Source: Iphione sp. A-MEVVRFRX5 (taxonomy: Eukaryota). Taken from it: a DNA stretch of 64,000 bases. Below are positions 53,917 through 64,000 of this stretch, one piece after another. The position numbers were made by a program, and so were the translations under genes. The stretch spans positions 81,902,001 through 81,966,000 of the forward strand of contig OZ320316.1 of NCBI GenBank assembly GCA_976226885.1, written 5' to 3'. Under the pieces are notes generated by a model that ran no database searches, was not told the DNA's origin, and was given only the letters and a program-made list of their open reading frames with translations. How positions within the stretch are numbered: position 1 is the stretch's first letter; the number at the start of each line of letters is the position of its first letter.

Positions 53917-54309
53917 CTGAGAAGGGTCTAGGAGGTGTCCGCAGGGAGACGCTCAGTAAAATTAGCTGTCCTCAGTGGAGACGTCTCATTATACTAGTTA
54001 TGTATGGGAATCAGGTTGGTTCTTGTCCAAATCATCCGCATTGAGGACGTGTCCGCATCCCAGACGTGTCCGCAAGGGGACATCCCACTGTAGGTGATAT
54101 TGGTGCCACCGCAGGTGGTTATTCTTCAACAGAAAATTGAAGACAGCCATCTGAAAGGACTTCTAGGAGAAAGTTAATGATGCCTAATAAGTGATAGATC
54201 TATTCATTAATATATATGGTCATATCCTGCAAATTTTAAGCAGCATTGAAGGTATACGCAAGGGGATGCTGCTGTTATGTAGCTGAAGTTATGTAGTAAT
54301 TACAATGTA

Positions 54310-54358
54310 ATTATATTACTCAGCAGATTGTGATTATATTACGCAGTAGATTGTGATT
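54310..54358. repeat. 23-bp tandem duplication
   Basis: ATTATATTACTCAGCAGATTGTG followed by ATTATATTACGCAGTAGATTGTG. Confidence 0.85.
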
Positions 54359-55980
54359 AGCCTGGAGGTTAAGGTTATTGAGAGAGAGGATGGTAAAAAA
54401 TTCAGGAAACTGTTAGCAAATACTGTAGTGATATATACTGCTCCGCACTATGTATGGCATAGCTATGTCACCTTCAATCTATTGTTGTAATGCCATTAGA
54501 TCAGAGACAGAGACAGATGTGTTAAATTATCATAGGGTTAAGCTGAACTTTGTGACGAGGTGTTTGGTTTCGCATTGGTCAATATTGGTGTAAGATGTGT
54601 CGTCCCATTTGACCCATGCAACACCAGACAAGTTAGTGATAAGGCTATATATAGAGACATGACGTGGAAGAGGCAGACGCAGACAGACAGACAACTCCGT
54701 CTCGTTTTTGCATCTGTGGCCCATTGTGTCATTAGCAGTGTTTGAATGTGCCTGATATATTTGGTTTAATGTTCCCCTCGTGTAATTCGGATGTACATCG
54801 ACAGTCGCAACTCTGTTTCCTGCTGTGAGTGACTAGATATGTCCAAAAGGAAATTAATCCATCATTTCAGTGTGTCTTAAATTATGGTCTTTGCCCCTCG
54901 TTGCCTGTCCGTGATGTGCACACGACTAGGGCGGCTCCACAGACAGTTATTACACCGTCCCTTCATTCACCAGCAGCATCTCCATGTCATAATTTGAAAT
55001 GTACATTGGTTTTTCATACGCTAAACATCCCGCGGTTGGTCTGATTACTAACTTATTAATATTCCTCAGAACATCAAGGCTGTCATGAGAGGGCTAAAGT
55101 AATGATTTCCCATCTCGTTTATTGATTGATGGCATTTTTTTACGCCCCTTCCCGCTTTTGCAGATTATCCTGCAAAAATTCAATTCTGCTTATCCCTCTC
55201 ATATATTATTCATTCGAGTATGCAGACTCCCTTAAGCCCTTGGTTTTATCCCCCTATCGTTTCCCGTAGGCTTGTGACAAAGTTGCAAACCTCAGACGTT
55301 CCCGGTCAAAAGACTCTGGGCCATAAGAATGGCTTCGATCACAATGACACCAGAGCGATTGAAGCCAGTGTTGGCTTCTTCAAGCCTGGCCTGGGTCGGC
55401 TAGCACCGCCACCATTGACAGTCTTCGGCACATAGTTCGTCTGCATCTATACTGCTTCAAAGACGGCCAGTACTGCCACGGGCAGCTTGACAGCTAAGGA
55501 ATAATGAAGGCGGAGCTTGCTTTGAAGGTTTCATGGCCTGTACTGGGCTATGGTTACGGTTGCGCCTGCTTCCTCAGACAGGGCTTCAGATCGCACTGCA
55601 CAGAGACAGCTGCTTCCTGTCTGCCCTGTCATCCCGATTGCAAATAGCCACTTTCGTCAAATAGGTTAATATTCATCTCATTTGAACTACGGTTTCAAAT
55701 GACAGCGGATACAAGCGTAGGCAGTCGGTCTCAAGCAGCACATACTTGGCAGAAGGGCCCAGGCTATCGACTGGTTTAAGGAGAATAACGTGCTGTTTCG
55801 GTACGATTTTCTTAATCAGTGATTAATCAATCAGGTAATCTTGACATCTTGTCATGCGAGCTGAGGTGATCAGAATCAAAGACAGCCCTTATCCTTTAAC
55901 TGAGTCGTTGTGACCATGTAGAAACGGGCTGTGTGGCTCTACCGTTCCCTTGACGAGCCTGATTGGTCTTTACCTTTCAG

Positions 55981-56140
55981 GCTTTCATGTCGAAGGAGAT
56001 GTCCTTGTGTTCCAGTGATTCATCCGCTGCCGCTGACAGGGGTTTGCTTGGGCTAGCTGCTAAGACGCCAGTAGCACTTTTACCGGAAGAGATTAACTCG
56101 AGTGGAACAGATAAACCGAAGATAGGACAAAAGTCCCCTG
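55981..56140 (+). CDS. Candidate internal coding exon, low-complexity S/A/P/K-rich
   Basis: Acceptor ttggtctttacctttcag| and donor CTG|GTAAGG bound 160 nt. Only phase 0 is open (AFMSKEMSLCSSDSSAAADRGLLGLAAKTPVALLPEEINSSGTDKPKIGQKSP). Confidence 0.4.
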
Positions 56141-57968
56141 GTAAGGAAAGATTTTCCCACCCCAGGTCGGGTAACTTCAACCGGCGCTGCTCTGTTTAAT
56201 TGCTGTAATTCTAGATGGCGATGATGTTTATGGATGTCGACGATATGTAGCCCAGCAAATGGCAGAACAGTAGGTATCTCAATACCTAGGAAATTTCATA
56301 AATGTCCAGAGGCCATTGAGCTTGCTTTATTCGCCTACATGTATGGTCGTACAACTTTAAGATAGAAAATGCTACGTACTTCGAGATGGATTTGCCACGT
56401 AATCACACACAGCATTGCCTGAAGATTAATTATTTTACCTCAGTCACGTTTCATTCCAAGGACGCTCATGTAGAATCCCGCACTAAGCTTATTTCATTTT
56501 TCTGATCTACTTGCTGGAGGTACTGAAGTTTCAATGCAGACAACCTTTAAGACGCTTTAATGTACTGAAACGCCACGGTCGTGTTGTTTCTGTGTGTAGG
56601 ATGCTGGATGACCTGCACTGTGTCGTGATTGGTTGGTATTCATGTGGCAGTCAGCAGTACGATTGCACGGGTAGGGCCAGGTCAGTAATTGGCCTGACAC
56701 TAGGTCAGCCCGTGGCATGGCCGGGCAGTATTATTTATGATCGACAGGGCAGCCGATGTCTTTAGAGTGATTGCCAGGCCTGCCTGCGGCTAGACCCTGA
56801 GCTGCTTCCGGACCGGGACCTGTTGGAGGCCCACCGATCGTAGTCTTTGGCGGCAGCTAAGCACGTGGGGTCGAGAGGTCAGGGCTGTTGGACCTCCGTC
56901 CTGCCGGACCCCCTTGGGGCCGGTGCGGACTGATCAGCCTAGTTACAGCCGCAGTTCCTCGAAGGGACCCACAGGCAGGGGAGACGAGGGGTTGGGGATT
57001 GGACTTATGTATCTCAACACCGAACATTAGCCGAAGGACGAGAGCGGGATCGGGGCCCCGGACGACCCGAAAAGGGCGCCCTGTGGTTTGATTGACTGGG
57101 ATGGATTCCAGCTCATGCATTTTTGTGGCAGCTAACAACTAACAAGACCACTGAAATAGTGCGCTCCAAACTACAAATGTAAAGAAATGGAAGGGTTTGC
57201 ATTAGTCCCCTCGTTAATCATGCTAACAATCAACCTCAGGACAGGTCAGTATGCTGACTTCTTAAGTGCACATCAGTGGTTAGCTCTTTCAGACACAGTC
57301 AATTAATAACCCACTTTTTCCCCCGTACTGCCTGACGTCGCGGAAATATTATTTTTCTCTCCTCAAAGAATACACACGTTCAAAAGCATACCCACGTTTA
57401 CCGACAGTGCCGATCAAATTACGGTCGCTGTTCACGCTGGATTTCCCCAAGGGCGCCTTTTCCTCTGATCATCTCGCGAGTGAGTCTCTCGTCTGACAAG
57501 CAAACAATCACTAATCCCAAGTTAGGGAGCTGCCAATCATGTCGACCAAGGCAGCCTGCATCTGACAAGCGGTTCGTGGTCGAGGTGACTTTCAGGTGCA
57601 TGATCCAATTAATCCTAGCTCTCAGGATCCAACACCCTACCCAGCCACCCCTCCCCCCCCTTCAGCCATCCACTCACCAATCCTCCAACCAGCCCAAGCT
57701 GCTTTGCACACTCTCTCCAGAACACTAGCGCTCACGTCTGAGTAGGCGAGATCCTCTGAGAAGGCCACTCGAAACGGATGAGGCGCACACCCGTCTGATA
57801 TATGACGTCGTTTCCGTCAGGCGTAGAGCTATCATAGAGGCAGCCATGGTAGCACTTCTTTGGCATCCGCTCGTCGCTGTGGCGGGAAGGACACGCGCAC
57901 ACTGGAAAAGATATGGGAAGATGGTTGGCTTGATATTTAGTGGTGTGGAGTGTCTCACTGGAGGCAGA

Positions 57969-57986
57969 GAGGAGGAGGAGGAGGAG
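57969..57986. repeat. (GAG)6 microsatellite
   Basis: Read directly. Confidence 0.85.
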
Positions 57987-60900
57987 AACAGAGGAAAGGG
58001 GCCGCCGGAGGTCTGGAGATTATTCCGGCGGCGAGACGGCGAGTCTCACTCCTCTGACAGGTGTAATCAGATGGCACTAGTTAAAAGGACTGAACAGTCG
58101 GCGTCGCGCCAGCCTCGCCACCTCATAATTCAGAGGGCGGCGGTCATAGTCAATTAGGATGACCATCAGAGGCACTCCGACCCGTCACTGACGTTTGTCT
58201 GCTCTGACACGTGGCGAGCCTGTGATTGCCCCGCCGCTGTCACCTTTCTCAGCTGCCGCTGGCGGATATCAACCATCGGCAGGCCCCGGGCGCCATCAAG
58301 CGGCAGCCAGCCAGGTGTGTAGTCAACGTTATGGGCCCGGTTTGATCACAGGACCTGCCCCCGCCCACCTTCTGTCTGCTTTCTGTATGACATGGTGGCA
58401 AAACAAGAATGACAAGGCGGGCCGGTGGACTGCAGGCGAGGCAGGCATTCGCAGAATGCCTGGCTGACAGAAACCCATTTTTGACGCCGCACATGTCAGA
58501 GAGTTACATGCTTCAACTTGGTTGTATTGTCATTTAATCCTATTCGTTGTGACTTTTTGACCACCAGTACAGCCCCACTCTTTTGGATGTCATTTGGGTT
58601 GACAAGTTACTGAACAGTGCGCATCGCAAGTGGATATATATTCATGATCGCCGAAACAGTGGGGTTATCGCCTTGGACTGCTTTATGGAAATATTTCACT
58701 CATAATTCGATCACAGGCTACACCTACCGTAAAGGTACAACGGTTTCGATGAGACTTTTCTCAGAGCTGATGTATTCCTCGTTTGCTGACCGCAATCACA
58801 AATAACTTGCCCCACGGAATAATAAATGACTCTCTGATTTCCCAATCCACTCGCGGGTGATGCGCACTGTTCAAAGGTCAAATATTTCCGTAGGGGATCC
58901 TGGGCAACCGTAAATATTTGGAATCTGCTCTTTGTAGGATAGCTGATACTCCCATAGAGCGGTCAGCTCCAGCCAGTCGGTTTGGTCATGAAAACTTCAC
59001 TGGATTAATTACCTGGCACCCATACCACATCTTGCCTCGATTGAATTCTTGCGTCTGGGGCCCTTCCGTACTAGCACACACATATAGCCACTCCGCCTAG
59101 CCGCCGAAGATACCACAGGCAGGCCAAGGTCATCTGCGGCTCTCTCCCTCCTACACCCTGCCGTACCTCCCGTTCAGTGATCTAGTGGAGTCTGGCCTTT
59201 CTACGTGATTGCCTATAAACTTTGCCCCAGGCGTCTCAGTGCTGATTGGTCACTGAACCCTTCACCTTCCGCTCAAATGATTAGTCGCCGTCTTATGCAG
59301 TGGAAGATACCGGCTAGAAGAAGACTACAGAGGTCATGATGTTCATATTAGGGAACTCTGAAATCTAGATGATCTTTTGCCTTCTCCCATTCTAGGCGTT
59401 ATTTTATAAGCCTTTGATGTTATAGAGGTAGCACATGATGCTGTCTTTTCCCCTCGCCGTTACTTTGATTCATTGTGCGGCCTTGGAAGATGTCGAATGG
59501 CCTCTTTAAATGATTCTTGAGATAGCACATAAGAACCCTTCGCGATCACCCTTAATCCTACCAAGATTCATCTTCCGTCATTATGATTGAAGTCGAATAG
59601 AAAGTATTTCTGTTGATAAGGGAGTTTGTTTTAAGATGTTTCATCAATGTCAGGATCTCACGAAATATTAAAATCCCAAAAGTATATGCCATAAGTTTGA
59701 GATGACGTTGCTAGTCTTGAGGATTCCACATATATAGTAAGAATGTAGACCCGGGTGCTTTTCACTTAAAACCCTATAAGTTATTCATTTCGATTTCTTC
59801 CCGGACTCTTCCTTTACATGGGCTACAGCTGGTGTTTGGAAAAAGACAGACATCAGACGTTGTTCACGGACACCAGCATTGTCTTAAGATTTGTCTTTAG
59901 TCTGGCCAGTGAATTATCATTGTCATGTCTGAATTAAAAGACATTTATTGTTTTTCTGTAGACTGCACATTTATTGAATGCTGAGGGCCATGTTACATGA
60001 AGGGAATAGTAGTCGCCTTTAATGGACAACTAATGAAAGCATCATTGCATGGCTGTTGGTGAAGGGCAATAAATGAAGAAGGGGAAAACTCCAAAACCGC
60101 GCGGTGAGCTTTCTTTGTCCCACCTCCATCAGGTAAATGGCAAGCAAAAATTACAGCCTGGGAAAGGCCAGCCATGCCCAGACCAATCTTCTTTCTCTAC
60201 AGCCGACCACGCTAATCTTTACTGCTTGCCCAGCCCGTCATGATTTGCTTGTCGGGCGACCGGCGGAGCTCGTCGCGCACATTGGGCTGAATTGATTCAC
60301 CGCACCCAAGAAAATGGCTTCCGTTGCTTGTAAGAACGTCAGTAAAGCGCCTGCGAGTACGGTATATCAGAAGTCAGCTAGCGGGCTGGGGTGGGGGGTG
60401 GTGGCACATAAAGTATGAGATGGGGCCGGCCGATAACGCGACGCGGCATTATCGTGCGCGTATAACGTACTGGTCAGCAGCGCGCGGGGCCCGCCTGATA
60501 GTGTGATGGATGGCGGCGCGACGGCCGCCCACCGCCGCAGTCGGCCTGATAGGCACTGGTCAAAATTGGAATTTTTCCCGTCCGCCGGGGTAACGAAGCC
60601 GAGATAAAATATGGCGCGCGTCAGGCCGCTGGGCGCGCTGGGCAAGCGCCACAGGTCGACGCCGACACCTACAGCTGCTAAGAGACTGGGTGTGATTCAT
60701 TTATTTCTTGCATACAGATCAGCTATTGTTCGGGGCAATGGCTCGCATGAATTTATTATGGCGCGGGGAGGAACTGATGTCGAAGCAAAGTGAGAATTGG
60801 CGGCCTACACCGGCTCTCCGCCATTTCCTCCCGCACGCCATAGTAGATATGAGGAAGCACATGCCGCCGAGCACCGGGGGGACCCTTCCGAATATATTCG

Positions 60901-62099
60901 TGATTGCAGCTATGGTTCTCCAGTAGGAGAATCGCTAAGAGGCATACTGCGGAGCTGGGTACCAGCTAAGCTCGATTTTATGAGGAATATTTCGGGACAA
61001 TATACGCCCGAATGAAGGCAACCGCCTCAAAGTCGTCGCTAAACTTCGACCGCTGGCAGGCGCTTGGCGGCATATCGGAGGCTGGTTCGTTCACGTCTGC
61101 GCAAATGACGGCAGTGATCCATTTCTGAGGTACATTGGCGCGTGTTGGACGGGTCTTTACTACAGCTGGTCTCCTTATACCGCAGACCATCCCTACGTGG
61201 ATCGCAAGGTATTTCATTCTAGGGCCCTAGCCTCGGGAAAATGTTACAGCACCGTGCTTTCCATAATAATAAAGTGGATCGCTGGCGTCTTCCCTGTTCC
61301 CCTTTCTTGGACCGAATATTATGACTATTTACTCGAGTACTGTGTGGCTCTCATATGTTAAGCTGATGAAATGTCATTTCCTTTTGTTTAACACGCCGAG
61401 TCTGTCTGCCTGAGAACGAATTTGCCTTGTTTATAAATGAAGTAGTATATGACAATGGTGAATTGAACAAGGCACCGTCTGATTAGTAGTATACGAAAAC
61501 GTCATTTGGGTAAACCATCATTCAGTCTAAAATAGACAATAGAAAATTGGCTACTAAAGTGATCTATAAACTTTACGTAGTGAATATACCAGGGATTTAA
61601 TATTAAAACTTCTGTTCGTGTGCCTTTAATGAACTCTTGTGCAAATGGATGTAAAAATAGTATGCCACGCACTCACATACATGCACAGTAAACTTGTACC
61701 ACGCTGCCGGTTGTTTTGGTTTCCCCCGTTGCCAGGTTTCTTAGACGGATTTCCCTATATGAAACAAGGAAATTGGTTTCATTGTTTTTTTGTTCCGTAG
61801 ACGATCGCACCAGGCACGTTTCACATAATCACTCGAGATTGTTTGTTTTCCGCCTATAAACTTTACTAACATATTATCGTCTATTAAGGGAACTGTCAAG
61901 GTATTGATTATTTCACCTTCAATATTTATGTGTTGCACTGGGATTAAAAATGTATAGAAGAACCATTTGAACGGAGCTACCTGTTAATAAATGAGATCAT
62001 ATAAAGAGTATATATAGGCGCATCTCTTCATTTCTTGTTTCCTTATTACTTTTTGTGGTAATTGATTCTCGTTAAAACATGTTCCACGATAGAAAATGA

Positions 62100-62225
62100 T
62101 GGCGAGCAGTACATACATTTACATTGATGTCTTACATGGATGATGGTTTCGGGCATTTTGAGGCTCATGGATTTTTGGGGTCATTAAACGGTTTAGTACC
62201 TAAACGAACTAGTTTAGTAGCTTAA
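62100..62225 (+). mobile_element. Possible DIRS-type reverse transcriptase active-site relic
   Basis: K*WRAVHTFTLMSYMDDGFG resembles the DIRS-like VKYWRxxGIxIxxYLDDGLG. Bounded by stops. Confidence 0.35.
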
Positions 62226-63132
62226 CGAAATAAACCGAAAATGAGTGCGAATCGGACGCAAGAATGTATAGTGTTCAAAAGATAAAGAATTTTTCGAGTG
62301 ATAAATTTCATCTATTAAGTTTGGGTCACGAAGGTGAGAAGAACTGTCTTCATAAATTCCCTACGTTCCTCCTTTTTCTAGCTCTACAAAGTATCCATTA
62401 GAAGGTAAAATATAAATGCGTCCTATTTTCTACATTTCCTGGATGCCCTCTGCAGAGAGGCGGCAGCATAGGTCAGATCATTCTTTTCCTTCTGCCCCAC
62501 CTGCTTCTGCCCCTCCTCATCCGTCTCCATTCCCCCCAAGGAGAGGACAGCCTCTCTGTCCAGTTCTTGACCAGCCGCTCCCCTGACCAAGACACTTATT
62601 TTCATCGCACTTGCAAACTGACCAGTGGCGCAGTGTATCTTTATAGGAATGAGTAACTGTTGAGACCTTTGTATATAGGAATTCGGCCTACATCACAGGC
62701 CCTGACATGGAGGTCTCTCATTTTCAGACCCAGCGAGCATAATCTCACCAACGGCGAAAAGAGGGGAAAAACGTTCAGAGAGAGGCACGTCCTCGTAGCC
62801 TGCGGGTTGTAGCCCCTCTCTTAGTCCTCTGTAATACTCCTCAATGCTTGCCCTTAGAATATTAAGAACATAGGTCCCCTCGGCCTTCTTTGATTCCCCC
62901 GCAAGTTTTAGATGAGCCATACACATTTAATTGCTCTTTGGGATTGTTCCTTTTAGTTACTGTAAAGTATAAGCGATAACAGCGAATAGTGAACTAAAGG
63001 CACCCGTTAATAAGATAAAGGCGATCACATTTCCCAAGTTTGTTCGGGAAGGCCTTTTGGGAAGAAAGTGTAGAGGGAACATCATGTTGGGCTCCAATGC
63101 TCTCAGTTGGCCTTCTCTGTCAACCCATCTCG

Positions 63133-63573
63133 ATAATTTGTACATATACCATGAACATTTTAATACCAGGCTAGTTTGGTCCCCATGATGGACTGGTCTC
63201 TCCTCTGGGTTATTGGGAAGTAGATTGGTCTCTGCTCAGTGAATGTACACATAAATTCATGAAAATGTACATGCACATTTATTGATTAAATATTAAATGG
63301 GTAAATAGCAATAACCATATAAAATTGTTTTAATGGAAAGCATTAAATATTTGAGCCCGCCTTCATAATTTGCCCATACACTGTGAACATTTTAATACCA
63401 GGCTAGTTTGGTCCCCATGATGCACTGGTCTCTCCCATGGGTTATTTGGAAGCAGTTCAGTCTCTGCTCAATGATTGTACACATAAATTCATGAACATGT
63501 ACATGCTTATATATTTGATTAAATATTAGATGTGTAACTAGCAATAATGATTTTAAATTGTTCAAAAGGAAAG
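63133..63573. repeat. Tandem duplication with about 232-bp period, 2 copies
   Basis: Identical 39-mer TGAACATTTTAATACCAGGCTAGTTTGGTCCCCATGATG at 63152 and 63384. Similarity continues for about 200 bp. Confidence 0.95.
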
Positions 63574-63728
63574 TGTTGGCATTTAAATTTTGTCAATCCT
63601 GGTCAACTGTAGTATATTTCATTCGTACATTTACCATACATAGTGCTGCCATGTACGAATCACTTACGACAAATAGTTTATTATATATGTATGAATATTT
63701 ATGGATTTGGTTGGGTTAAATGTTTCCA

Positions 63729-64000
63729 CCATTGTCTTGTTTACGACAAAAGGATCACTGCTTTAAAACAGCATTTTCATCCGCTATTTTGATTGCCCTG
63801 TTCTAAAGACCGTTATTCTGAAGTACTCCCAGAAAAACATTTGCATGTGTTGCTGTTCATATTTATCCCGTATTTATTGTGTGTAAATTGCAAACCCACC
63901 CTGGAACAGCAATATGTCCGATAGTCGGTCAGTCTTTAACCTCTGCTATCACACTGGAGGCGCCTAGCAGTGGTGATGTCGCCATTGTCTTGTTTACGAC
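63729..64000. repeat. Perfect 19-bp direct repeat pair, 253 bp apart
   Basis: CCATTGTCTTGTTTACGAC at 63729-63747 and 63982-64000. The second copy is cut by the window edge. Confidence 0.9.

Larger units (their letters stand above)
53319..54090. mobile_element. Tc1/mariner-pogo-type MITE, 772 bp, TA target duplication
   Basis: TA|CAGTCGAACGTCCCCATTCCGGACATG at the left and CGTGTCCGCAAGGGGACATCCCACTG|TA at the right: an imperfect TIR of about 27 bp with one indel. There are 17-bp-period subterminal units (GACGTGTCCGCA at 54046 and 54063, related units at 53364-53388 and 53935). No transposase ORF. Confidence 0.85.

Noticed and set aside
58442-58462. 9-bp stem hairpin CAGGCATTC-GCA-GAATGCCTG
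   Set aside because: About one such hairpin is expected by chance, and there is no U-tract or gene context.
63952-63972. CACTGGAGGCGC as a CTCF site
   Set aside because: One base short of the CCASYAGRKGGCRS core spacing.

Overview
No intact gene, operon, rRNA, functional tRNA or CRISPR array is supportable here. The longest ORF is 177 aa; a rough estimate with about 3/64 stops per codon over six frames expects about one ORF that long by chance. The background looks like marine-invertebrate non-coding DNA, amphioxus-like by inference: at least 15 TACATGTA octamers, GT-AG exon shapes, and micro- and minisatellites. Best-supported features: (1) a 772-bp TA-flanked Tc1/pogo-type MITE at 53319-54090 carrying internal tandem arrays; (2) a Harbinger-like inverted-repeat element at 30794-31437 with a 42-bp minisatellite; (3) a decayed L2/CR1 LINE 3' end at about 12440-13080; (4) a tRNA-derived SINE-like head at about 40486-40571; (5) a 232-bp tandem duplication near the right end; (6) one convincing first coding exon (41337-41432) encoding a type II Golgi signal-anchor resembling the MGAT1 N-terminus, with no catalytic exons found downstream. 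Other retroelement or transposase similarities are short motif silhouettes only. Several blocks read like prokaryotic coding DNA but are full of stops, and others look near-random. The window may therefore be synthetic, model-generated or chimeric rather than a contiguous natural locus. I found no well-supported novel biological system. All similarities were judged by eye against remembered consensus motifs, and no database search was run.
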